Origin: an uncultured Bacilli bacterium
Lineage (GTDB): Bacteria; Bacillota_I; Bacilli_A; RF39; UBA660
DNA length: 64,000 nt
Assembly (NCBI GenBank): GCA_944372215.1
Contig: CALVYL010000001.1
Span: 391 to 64,390 of the forward strand
Direction: 5' to 3'
The stretch's first letter is position 1, and each line of letters begins with the position of its first letter. A model generated the notes under the pieces. That model was given only the letters and a program-made list of their open reading frames with translations, had not been told where the DNA came from and did no database searches. This document shows positions 31,906 through 41,174 of the stretch, piece after piece. Made by a program: the position numbers and the translations under genes.

Positions 31906-32530
31906 TCACCATCCTTATTTCTCCCGAAAAACTTTTATCCATATTGACATCTTGATTAGTACTTAAATTAATAAAAATAATTTCTATTTGCCAATTTTGG
32001 GTCACTTGAGTAGATGTAGTAATTTCTTGATGACTGGCTAGATTAAAATGACCACTAGCTGTTGTGATATCAAAACCCGTATATCCATTACTTTCAACAT
32101 ATTCTAGACCTTGAATTTCTCTGACCTCATTGCCCTCAGGATCAGTAACTTTAATTAATAATTCAGGAGTTTCATTACTAGTAGAATAAACAAAATCGTT
32201 ACGATTAATATCTAAAATAATATTATAAAAATAAGTTTTAGATGTATTATCACTACTAGTTACTTGCAAAGTAGCACTAGCGGGAGTTTCATCAGAAATA
32301 CTAGGCATGCCTTGGGCAAAATTTTCATCATTGGCATAAATAGTTATTGGTTTTCCGACATCAAACATTAACCAATCAGTAATTGTAGCGGTAGTTGCTT
32401 CAACCCGTGGAGAAACATTGGATACTTGTAAATAAGTAAAATAAGCAAAACTAGCACTAGTTATAATTGCAAATAAGGTTATAATATAAATAGCAAATAT
32501 TACTTTTTTTGTTTTTTTATTCATAATCAT
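31892..32530 (-). CDS. Signal-anchored secreted protein (212 aa)
   Basis: N-terminal TM VIFAIYIITLFAIITSASFA. Ser/Thr-rich ectodomain. Confidence 0.4.
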   Translation of the reverse strand: MIMNKKTKKVIFAIYIITLFAIITSASFAYFTYLQVSNVSPRVEATTATITDWLMFDVGKPITIYANDENFAQGMPSISDETPASATLQVTSSDNTSKTYFYNIILDINRNDFVYSTSNETPELLIKVTDPEGNEVREIQGLEYVESNGYTGFDITTASGHFNLASHQEITTSTQVTQNWQIEIIFINLSTNQDVNMDKSFSGEIRMVSVNA

Positions 32531-32582
32531 TCTCCATTAAATACTTCATATTAAGAATAACAAAAAAGCCTAAAAAAATCAA

Positions 32583-33083
32583 CTATTTAGATTCATTTTT
32601 AATCATATTGACAACCCAAATATACACTGGAACTAATAAATTTAATACCAAAGTTAAAATACAAGTGTTATCAAGATTCTTCGTAATAAACCAATAAATA
32701 AATACAACTAAAGCAAATAGTACAATTCCTAGATAATTTATAAGCTCTTTTTGAAAAATATTTTTTACTCCTTTATAATTATCAGCAATATCATATAAGA
32801 CATAAACAATATTGGTTATCATAATTAAAACATATAAATATGGTAAAAATCTATTATCCGCCAGATTATTGTATATAATATAAACTATCAAGAAAAAAAC
32901 ACTATCGATTCTAAATAAATGAAAAGGTTCATTAATAAGCATTTTTATATTGTATTTTTCAATATATTTATTTTTTCTGCTTATTTCTCTTTTTGTAAAT
33001 AATATTAAATTAATAATCCATAAACCTATACCTATATATTCCACAATTTCATACATCATAATCTCTCCCATACAAACAACCAC
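32583..33083 (-). CDS. Integral membrane protein (166 aa)
   Basis: ORF with 4-5 predicted TM helices. Confidence 0.4.
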   Translation of the reverse strand: MVVCMGEIMMYEIVEYIGIGLWIINLILFTKREISRKNKYIEKYNIKMLINEPFHLFRIDSVFFLIVYIIYNNLADNRFLPYLYVLIMITNIVYVLYDIADNYKGVKNIFQKELINYLGIVLFALVVFIYWFITKNLDNTCILTLVLNLLVPVYIWVVNMIKNESK

Positions 33084-33654
33084 AATAATTTTGACGATAT
33101 AAATTATATTCTTTACTCAACATAATACTTTTTTTATATCCATCATTTTTCTTAAAATCACTATATAAATATTGTACACCATATTTCTGTTCTAAGAAAG
33201 CCCCAATTTTATTTATCAATTTGCTATTTTTATAAGGACTTACTGTTAGAGTTGTACCAAAATAATCAAAATGCATATCTTTAGCTAGCAAGACTGTTTT
33301 GGTAAGTCGCAATTTAAAACAGACACCACATCTAGCTCCACCCTCTTTTTCTTTTTCTAAACCTACTACAGCTTTTTTAAAACTTGCATTATCATAATCA
33401 CAATCTAAAAATTTTATACTCTTATCATTTAATTCATTAATAAATCTGATTTGTTCACTTTTTCTTTTATTGTATTCTGTAATAGGTTCAATATTAGGGT
33501 TATAATATAAAACCGTTATATCAAAATAATCTTTTAGAAAACTTAATACAGTTGTAGAACATGGTCCACAACAACTATGTAATAACAATTTAGGACGATA
33601 GTCCAAATTAGCTATCAATTCATATAATTTATTCTGATAATTCATCGGCATCAC
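33049..33654 (-). CDS. queH: Epoxyqueuosine reductase QueH (DUF208)
   Basis: LLHSCCGPCS, a CGVC motif, and C-terminal YCGC, as in the QueH family. Confidence 0.75.
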   Translation of the reverse strand: MMPMNYQNKLYELIANLDYRPKLLLHSCCGPCSTTVLSFLKDYFDITVLYYNPNIEPITEYNKRKSEQIRFINELNDKSIKFLDCDYDNASFKKAVVGLEKEKEGGARCGVCFKLRLTKTVLLAKDMHFDYFGTTLTVSPYKNSKLINKIGAFLEQKYGVQYLYSDFKKNDGYKKSIMLSKEYNLYRQNYCGCLYGRDYDV

Positions 33655-34375
33655 CTTCTTCGTTTAATTTATCAAAAGATGTAAATATTACAGTATCAGA
33701 TTCTGCATAGACGCTATCTAGGTGAATGATACCTTTGCTATCTAAATGGGAATATATAGTTTCATACATATTTAGATTAGCAAAATTAACTAAATCGATA
33801 TATACTAAATTTCCATCATTCATCTTTAATATGAAACGCGAATCATTTATTGTAACATCATCTTTTATATCGGGACTATACTCTATTTCACTTATTAAAG
33901 CAATTATATCACTGTCAATGTCAGTCATTTTAGCAATTAAATTATTATATATATCACTAGTTACATAATTAATTAATGCGGGTATACCTAAATAATTGGC
34001 ATTAGCGATTCCTTTACCATTAGACAGAACTACTTTATTAGTTGTTTGATTATAAAACAAAAGTTTAGCTTCGGTTACATCAATAGTTATAGTTCCTAAA
34101 TAATTTTTTTTAACAACAACATCTTCTACTAAATCTAAAGACATAAGTCTTTTTTTAATGGTATTAGTATTAATACTAAATATTTTAGGATAATCACTTA
34201 AACCAGCAGTTGCAATAATTTCATTATCTTTTAAAATATTTGTCCCATTGATAGTAATATTTTTAAGGGGAATTGTAAAGACATAATAAAAAATCATTAC
34301 TATTAAATATAATGTTAAAATTATTACTAATAAAGCTTTTTTATTTAATTTTCTCTTTACTTTTTTATTCTCCAT
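33629..34375 (-). CDS. Cell division protein DivIB/FtsQ
   Basis: N-terminal TM followed by a POTRA-like region. Position next to murB-murG. Confidence 0.7.
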   Translation of the reverse strand: MENKKVKRKLNKKALLVIILTLYLIVMIFYYVFTIPLKNITINGTNILKDNEIIATAGLSDYPKIFSINTNTIKKRLMSLDLVEDVVVKKNYLGTITIDVTEAKLLFYNQTTNKVVLSNGKGIANANYLGIPALINYVTSDIYNNLIAKMTDIDSDIIALISEIEYSPDIKDDVTINDSRFILKMNDGNLVYIDLVNFANLNMYETIYSHLDSKGIIHLDSVYAESDTVIFTSFDKLNEEGDADELSE

Positions 34376-34379
34376 TTTT

Positions 34380-35252
34380 TCACCAAGTTACTATTATTTG
34401 TTCTAATTCTAATTTTACTTTTTGTTTTTTTTGCACCTCTTTTTTAATAACTGTAATCAACTCTATTATATCACGACTTGTAGCATTATTGTAGTTTATT
34501 ATAAAATTGGCATGTTTTTCCGACACTTTAGCACCACCGATGGTTAAATTTTTTAGTCCGGTATGTTCAATTAGATAACCAGCGGAAGCTACAGCAGGAT
34601 TTTTAAATACTGAACCGGCGTTTTTATATTCTAAAGGTTGGGTTTTTTGGCGTTTTTGCAAATTTTCTTTAATTTGCTCACAGGCCTTAGCAACGTCACC
34701 TTTAATTCCCTCAAACTTAGCTGCCACAATAATATTCCTGCGACCTTTAAACTCGGTCATACGATAATCATATTGAATATTTTCTTTATTATATTCGTTT
34801 ACATTGCCTAATTCATCCATTACCGTAACACTAATTAGATTATCAAAGATGGCTACATTATAAGCCCCCGCATTACCAACAATTGCTCCCCCAAGAGTCC
34901 CGGGGATGCCCATTAAAGCCGCATAGTTGGTGTATCCTTCATCTAATAGACAATTGACAAAATTAGCTAATGTTATTCCGGCCTCAGCAATTATTGTATC
35001 TTTATTAATTTTTATATCATTTAATTGATCTAACTTAATTATGGCTCCAGCAAAATCAGCATCGGGAAGAATAACATTGGAACCACCACCCAAAAGATAC
35101 CAAGAAATATTTTCACTATTTAAATATTTAATTAAAGCTTGTAAATGTTTTAAAGAATCTGGGCTTATTAAATATTTAGCATGTCCCCCAATACCATAGG
35201 TATTATACTTTTTTAAATCCACATCTTCTAATACTTTTCCATATTCATTCAT
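34380..35252 (-). CDS. murB: UDP-N-acetylenolpyruvoylglucosamine reductase MurB
   Basis: FAD-binding N-terminus YNTYGIGGHAKYL. MurB C-terminal domain. Confidence 0.88.
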   Translation of the reverse strand: MNEYGKVLEDVDLKKYNTYGIGGHAKYLISPDSLKHLQALIKYLNSENISWYLLGGGSNVILPDADFAGAIIKLDQLNDIKINKDTIIAEAGITLANFVNCLLDEGYTNYAALMGIPGTLGGAIVGNAGAYNVAIFDNLISVTVMDELGNVNEYNKENIQYDYRMTEFKGRRNIIVAAKFEGIKGDVAKACEQIKENLQKRQKTQPLEYKNAGSVFKNPAVASAGYLIEHTGLKNLTIGGAKVSEKHANFIINYNNATSRDIIELITVIKKEVQKKQKVKLELEQIIVTW

Positions 35253-36328
35253 TTTAATAATTCCTTTATCTCATCATATATAATCGTCGATGCTTCTTTA
35301 GTATTTAACTTTTCTAAATTTCTTTTCATTTCGGCATATTTAGGAGTATTGATTAATTCATTAATCGTTACTTGAATTAAATTAGCATCTAGTTTCTTCT
35401 CTTCAATTATTTCCGCTACTTTCATATTTACCAAATCTAAGGCATTATAATATTGATGATTATTGGCAACAAAAGGGCTAGGTATTAAAATACTAGGTAT
35501 TTTAAGAGCTAATATTTCACTTATGGTACTAGCTCCGGCGCGAGATATAACTAAATAGGCATCTTTCATCAATCCCGACAAATTGTCGACATAGGGTACT
35601 ACTTTAACATTATTGGGAAATTTAGTATCTTTAATAAAATCATCATATAAACCTTTACCCGTTATATATAATATTTTGTATTCTTCATGAGCTACCAGTT
35701 TTAAAAATGCTTTGAATTTTTCATTTAAAGAACTGCTGCCTTGAGAACCCGCCACAATAATTATTAATTTGTCATTTTCTTCAAAACCATAAACAGTTTT
35801 AGAAATTTTGGAAGTTAGTTTGGCGTTTTCGCCGCAAGGATTACCAGAATAAATAACCTTTTTTGCAGTTTTAAAATAATCTTCTGAATTCTTAAAAGAT
35901 ACCCCAACAAGATCAACATATTTGGCTAAAGTAATATTAGATTTACCAGCTATACTGTTTTGCTCGTGAATAAAGGTTTTAATACCTAACTTGTGGGCAG
36001 CTCGGATAACGGGATAAGTTACATATCCTCCGGTGCCAATTACTATATCTGGTTTAAATTCTTGCATAATTCTGCTACATTTCTTTATGGCTTTATCAAT
36101 TAAAAAAATATTTTTAATATCTCTGCCTATTTTCTTTTTACTAAAACCATATATTTCTAAAGGTATATATTTTATGCCCATATTAGGTATAATATCTTTT
36201 TCCATCCGATCATGAGTACCAATATATATTACTTCTAAATTCTTTTCTTTTTCTTGAAATTTTCTTAATATGGCTAACGTTGGATAGATGTGTCCACCAG
36301 TTCCGCCGGCCGAAATAATAATTTTCAA
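35249..36328 (-). CDS. murG: UDP-N-acetylglucosamine:lipid I GlcNAc transferase MurG
   Basis: IISAGGTGGHIYP G-loop. A TTG start at 36328 with SD aaggtga is proposed instead of the longer ATG. Confidence 0.88.
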   Translation of the reverse strand: MKIIISAGGTGGHIYPTLAILRKFQEKEKNLEVIYIGTHDRMEKDIIPNMGIKYIPLEIYGFSKKKIGRDIKNIFLIDKAIKKCSRIMQEFKPDIVIGTGGYVTYPVIRAAHKLGIKTFIHEQNSIAGKSNITLAKYVDLVGVSFKNSEDYFKTAKKVIYSGNPCGENAKLTSKISKTVYGFEENDKLIIIVAGSQGSSSLNEKFKAFLKLVAHEEYKILYITGKGLYDDFIKDTKFPNNVKVVPYVDNLSGLMKDAYLVISRAGASTISEILALKIPSILIPSPFVANNHQYYNALDLVNMKVAEIIEEKKLDANLIQVTINELINTPKYAEMKRNLEKLNTKEASTIIYDEIKELLK

Positions 36329-36437
36329 ATTAATCACCTTGATATAATTATACACTAAAAATTAGGAGTTTTTAACTATTTTTGCTTTTACTTGTCATAA
36401 ATTTTATTATAATAAAGAAAAAAATAGGAATTTTTTC

Positions 36438-38555
36438 CTATTTTTTAATATTTATAACAAATTCATTGGTAGTTTTATCTAAATCAACTACTAAAGTTGA
36501 GCCGAGATTTAAATCAGTATCAATTAATTTATGAGCTATTAATGTTTCAATATTTTTAGTAATATATCTCTTAATTGGTCTTGCACCATACCTTTCATCA
36601 TAAGCATCGTCAACAATTTTTTCTTTAACTGCTTTTGTTATTTCAATGTGTAAATAATTATGTTCAAGACGAGCATTTAATTCTTTTATTATTTTATCTA
36701 CTATTTCATAAACTGTATCTTTCTTTAGAGAATTAAATACTATTATTTCATCGATACGATTAATAAATTCCGGACGAAATGTATTTTTTAATTCATTTAA
36801 TACTAATTCTTTAGCATTGCTTACATTATCTAAAATATATTCGCTACCTAAATTACTAGTCATTATTATAATGGTATTTTTAAAATCTACAGTTCGACCT
36901 TGCGAATCAGTAAGTCTGCCATCATCAAGAATTTGTAATAATATATTGAAGACATCTTTATGAGCTTTTTCAATTTCATCAAATAATACGATACTATAAG
37001 GATTTCTTCTAACGGCTTCGGTTAGTTCGCCCCCTTCATCATAACCAACATATCCTGGAGGAGCTCCAACTAAACGAGATACATTAAATGCTTCCATATA
37101 TTCTGAACAATCAATCCGAATCATATGTTTTTCATCATCAAATAGCTCATAAGCTAAACTTTTGGCGACCTCAGTTTTACCTACTCCGGTTGGTCCTAAG
37201 AATATAAAGGAACCAATTGGTTTATTAGGATCTTTTATGCCACTCCTAGCCCGAATTATTGCTTCACTTACTAAATGAAGAGCATCATCTTGACCCATAA
37301 CACGAGTTTTTAATCTATCAAATAAATGCAATAGTTTATCTTTTTCACTACTGACAAGTTTAGCAACAGGTATATGCGTCCATCTGGAAATAATTTCAGC
37401 GATACCTTCTTCATCAACGACATCAGACAAAATATTACTTTGATTATTTTCTTGTAAATTTTTTAATTCTTGTTCTAGTGCTGGGATTGTACCATGACGA
37501 AGCCGTGCGCTAGTTTCTAAATCATAATTATTTTCAGATGTTTGTAAATCAAAACGAGCTTTTTCTAATTCTTCCTTTTTCTTGTTAATCTTATCTTTGA
37601 TTGCTTTTTCAGCTTCCCATTTATTACGCATTTCTTGTTCTTTAGCTTTTAAATCTTCTAGTTCTTCATCAATTTTTTTAAGTCTTTCTTTACTTATTTC
37701 GTCTTTTTCTTTTTTTATCGCTTGGCGTTCTATTTCTAAACTCATAATTTTACGAGTTAATTCATCAAGTTCAACCGGTACAGAATCAAGTTGCATTTTA
37801 ATAGTAGCACAAGCTTCATCAACTAAATCAATAGCTTTATCTGGTAAATATCTATCAGTAATATATCTATCTGATAGAGTTGCTGCTGCGACCAAAGCAC
37901 TATCTTTAATGGTAACACCATGAAAAATTTCGAATCTTTCTTTTAAACCACGGAGAATTGTAATTGTATCTTCAACATTTGGTTCACTAACTAAAACTTT
38001 TTGAAATCTTCTTTCTAAGGCTCCATCTTTTTCAATATATTTACGATATTCATTGAGAGTAGTTGCACCGATAACATGGATTTCCCCGCGAGCAAGCATT
38101 GGTTTTAGCATGTTAGATACATCCATGGCACCAGTATCCCCCGCTCCAACAATCATATGGATTTCATCGATAAACATAATGATTTCGCCATCACTATCTT
38201 TAATTTCTTTTAAAACAGCTTTTAATCTTTCTTCAAATTCACCACGATATTTAGCACCAGCTACTAATGAACCTAAATCAAGTTCCCATATGGTATGGTT
38301 TTTCAAACTATTAGGCACGTCGCCCCGAACAATTCTTTGGGCAAGACCTTCAACTATAGCGGTTTTACCTACCCCTGGTTCCCCAATTAGCACTGGGTTA
38401 TTTTTACTCTTACGTGATAATATTCTAATCACATTACGAATTTCTTCATCACGACCAATAACGGGATCAACTTTATTATCCATTACATTTTTAGTAATAT
38501 CCCGTCCATATTTATTTAAAACATCTTTTAATTCATCATTATTTTCTGGATACAT
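36438..38555 (-). CDS. clpB: ATP-dependent chaperone ClpB (form lacking the N-domain)
   Basis: Two AAA+ modules (GEPGVGKT and GPTGVGKTE). A long coiled-coil M-domain between them. 705 aa. Confidence 0.9.
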   Translation of the reverse strand: MYPENNDELKDVLNKYGRDITKNVMDNKVDPVIGRDEEIRNVIRILSRKSKNNPVLIGEPGVGKTAIVEGLAQRIVRGDVPNSLKNHTIWELDLGSLVAGAKYRGEFEERLKAVLKEIKDSDGEIIMFIDEIHMIVGAGDTGAMDVSNMLKPMLARGEIHVIGATTLNEYRKYIEKDGALERRFQKVLVSEPNVEDTITILRGLKERFEIFHGVTIKDSALVAAATLSDRYITDRYLPDKAIDLVDEACATIKMQLDSVPVELDELTRKIMSLEIERQAIKKEKDEISKERLKKIDEELEDLKAKEQEMRNKWEAEKAIKDKINKKKEELEKARFDLQTSENNYDLETSARLRHGTIPALEQELKNLQENNQSNILSDVVDEEGIAEIISRWTHIPVAKLVSSEKDKLLHLFDRLKTRVMGQDDALHLVSEAIIRARSGIKDPNKPIGSFIFLGPTGVGKTEVAKSLAYELFDDEKHMIRIDCSEYMEAFNVSRLVGAPPGYVGYDEGGELTEAVRRNPYSIVLFDEIEKAHKDVFNILLQILDDGRLTDSQGRTVDFKNTIIIMTSNLGSEYILDNVSNAKELVLNELKNTFRPEFINRIDEIIVFNSLKKDTVYEIVDKIIKELNARLEHNYLHIEITKAVKEKIVDDAYDERYGARPIKRYITKNIETLIAHKLIDTDLNLGSTLVVDLDKTTNEFVINIKK

Positions 38556-38579
38556 ATTATTCCTCCTTTTACATTTTGT

Positions 38580-38621
38580 ATTGTAACACGAAAATTAGCA
38601 CTTGTCAATAGAGAGTGCTGA
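38580..38621 (-). promoter_or_regulatory. clpB promoter (TTGACA-17-TACAAT) with a CIRCE operator overlapping the -35
   Basis: Minus-strand read tcagcactc-N9-aagtgctaa at 38595-38621 (one mismatch per half-site). -35 at +38603-08. -10 at +38580-85. Confidence 0.75.
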
Positions 38622-38662
38622 TTTTATTATAAAATAAATGCAGTTAATAAAACTGCATTTAT

Positions 38663-40525
38663 TTAGAACCTACCACCGCTGCGGCCTCCGCCACCGAAAC
38701 CACCGCCGCCGGAGAATCCGCCGCCAAAGCCACCACCGGAACTCATACGTGATGAGGCATTAGCTCTATTGATTGATACTTGACTAGAATTAATGGCTGA
38801 ATGCATTGATGAAGATATAACACTAGCCATGTGAATATTATGAATATGTGTAAATGCTATATAATCAGCTGTTCCGACATTATCAAATTCTGTAATTTTC
38901 ACATTCATCGCTTTTTCTACTTTATCAGCTAGACCAAAAACTGTGGCATATACCAAATATCTTTCCCACAAAGCAATTTCAGGTAATTCTTTAACACTAA
39001 AATTACCAAAATCATTTAAGAAATTTTTAAATGCTTGCCATTTATTATAATGTTCAATACCTTTTTTGGTTTTTTTAGTGCAAGCAACAGCATATATCAT
39101 AAAAACGGTTGCAAAAGCTATGGTTAGAGACCCAAATATAAAATCAATATTATTTCTGGATATATAGGCTAATAAAAGCATAGAATAAAATAACAATATA
39201 ATAGGTATCCATACATAATTTTTTTTACTTTCAAAAAAATTTTGGTTTTGGCCATCCTTTAAAACTTTATTTTTCCAATTAGTGTAGCTAGCCATAAAAT
39301 TTTGACATGTTGCTGCTCCACTAGCATATTTTTTTAAAGCCATAGTAGTAAAAGTATTACCATTACCTACAGTTGTAAACAAAAAATCTACTAAAGAATT
39401 TTCAGTTTCATTTAAATTGTCACGATTTAGTAAAGTAAATGTATAGTTATTTTTTTTATCAGGAATTGCTTCTGCCTGAATATTTTTCTTATAAATCAAG
39501 TTCATCACACTGGCACTAAGAGCATTTTCACTAACTCTATGATTCATTAAATAATCAACTACCTCAACATTATAATCATCGATAAAATCCCGATTATATT
39601 TATGATTAAAGTCTGATTTTAATTCTTTATCATATTTTAAATAAACATATATAAAGCTAAGAACTAAAAGAACGTAAAAAACAATGGTACCAATAAGGGC
39701 AACATTCCATTTGGCTTTTACAGTTTGCCTTAAAGCATTAGTTTCATTAGCAATTTCGGTTTCTTCAGCAATTATATCATCAAGTGTTTCACTGCTGGTA
39801 TTTCCAATAACTGTCGTATTAACTAAGGAATCAGCAAAAGTAATGCGAATATCTAAAATGCCATTTGCTTCGAGGGTATCAATACTAGCAATAACAATAT
39901 TATTTGTATTAGAATTGTAATCATCGATATCTCCCGATAATGGTCCATGGGCCCAAAAACGGAAATAATCACTATCATCTCTACCCGGAAGAACAACGCG
40001 AATATTTAAATCATTTATTTCTTCTGGGAGTTCTCCACTAAAGAAATTCCAATAAAATTCACCAAAGCCATTATGTAAAATGATAACATCTTCTAAAGTA
40101 TAGCTTAATTTAAAAGCTACTTTTTCATTATTACTAGGATAATACATCCGAATATTTACACTATTATAAGTATTATTGACTGTGTATTTTTGAGAATCAC
40201 CAACATTAGCATAACTAGTTAAGGTAAAATTTTCAAAATCTTCAGTAAAAGTATCAAAAGAAATACTGTCAATTTTTTTAGCTGATACAGATATATTACT
40301 TATAGCACTAGCTGCAATAGAACTATTGGCCCCAGATTTACTCAAATTTATTTCGTAGCCATTAATATCGTCATCGATTAAAAATATTTCCTCTACATAG
40401 ACATCGCCATTATTTAATATTTCAGCATTGATATAATATTGTTCAATATCATCACTGGCCGCACTTGAAATAATGGGAATAAATAAAAATACTATTAAAC
40501 TAAATATAATTTTTTTCAAACTCAT
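38663..40525 (-). CDS. DUF2207-family membrane protein with a C-terminal Gly-rich tail
   Basis: Signal peptide MSLKKIIFSLIVFLFIPIISSAAS. A large ectodomain. TM helices. C-terminal GGGFGGGFSGGGGFGGGGRSGG. The start was set at 40525. Confidence 0.6.
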   Translation of the reverse strand: MSLKKIIFSLIVFLFIPIISSAASDDIEQYYINAEILNNGDVYVEEIFLIDDDINGYEINLSKSGANSSIAASAISNISVSAKKIDSISFDTFTEDFENFTLTSYANVGDSQKYTVNNTYNSVNIRMYYPSNNEKVAFKLSYTLEDVIILHNGFGEFYWNFFSGELPEEINDLNIRVVLPGRDDSDYFRFWAHGPLSGDIDDYNSNTNNIVIASIDTLEANGILDIRITFADSLVNTTVIGNTSSETLDDIIAEETEIANETNALRQTVKAKWNVALIGTIVFYVLLVLSFIYVYLKYDKELKSDFNHKYNRDFIDDYNVEVVDYLMNHRVSENALSASVMNLIYKKNIQAEAIPDKKNNYTFTLLNRDNLNETENSLVDFLFTTVGNGNTFTTMALKKYASGAATCQNFMASYTNWKNKVLKDGQNQNFFESKKNYVWIPIILLFYSMLLLAYISRNNIDFIFGSLTIAFATVFMIYAVACTKKTKKGIEHYNKWQAFKNFLNDFGNFSVKELPEIALWERYLVYATVFGLADKVEKAMNVKITEFDNVGTADYIAFTHIHNIHMASVISSSMHSAINSSQVSINRANASSRMSSGGGFGGGFSGGGGFGGGGRSGGRF

Positions 40526-40556
40526 CACCTTCTTTAAAAAAAAGGCCTTACAGCCT

Positions 40557-41105
40557 TTAAAATTTAACTTGAACATTTTCTCTTTCGGCTTCAGCCACTT
40601 CGAAAAATGCTTCTTTTTTAAATTTAAATATGCTAGCAATAATATTACTTGGTACCATTTCAACTTTATTATTATAAAGTAAGACTGTATCATTGTAAAA
40701 TTGTCTAGCACTAGCAATTTTACTTTCTGTTTCAGTTAATTCTTGTTGCAAATGTTGAAAATTAGTATTTGCTTTTAAATCTGGATAACTTTCAGTCAAT
40801 GCAAATAATTTTGATATTGCTTTTTCCAAATCACCATCAGCTTTCATTTGGGCTTCAGGAGTGGTTGCTGAAACATAAGTATTTCTTGCTTGAATTACTG
40901 CTTCTAAAGTTTCTGATTCATGTTTAGTGTAGCCTTTAACAGTTTCCACTAAATTGGGAATCAAATCAAATCTTCTTTTTAATTGAACATCAATTTGCGC
41001 CCATTGATCTTTAACTCGGTTTCTTAAATCAACTAATTTGTTATAAGTTGTAAATACCCACGCAATAATTAAAACAATTACAATTATTAAAATAATCCAC
41101 CACAT
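40557..41105 (-). CDS. lemA: LemA-family membrane protein
   Basis: MWWIILIIVIVLIIAWVFTTYNKLVDLRNRVKDQWAQIDVQLKRRFDLIPNLVETVKGY. The start is at 41105, with SD aggagg 8 nt upstream. Confidence 0.85.
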   Translation of the reverse strand: MWWIILIIVIVLIIAWVFTTYNKLVDLRNRVKDQWAQIDVQLKRRFDLIPNLVETVKGYTKHESETLEAVIQARNTYVSATTPEAQMKADGDLEKAISKLFALTESYPDLKANTNFQHLQQELTETESKIASARQFYNDTVLLYNNKVEMVPSNIIASIFKFKKEAFFEVAEAERENVQVKF

Positions 41106-41174
41106 AATTTTATCCTCCTGATATAATTTTAGCATATTTTTGTAATTTATAAAACACATTTTTATAAATTGACA

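Noticed and set aside
37582-38586. Plus-strand ORFs of 113 and 177 aa inside clpB
   Set aside because: Antisense to a conserved AAA+ gene. Low-complexity Ser/Ile translation.
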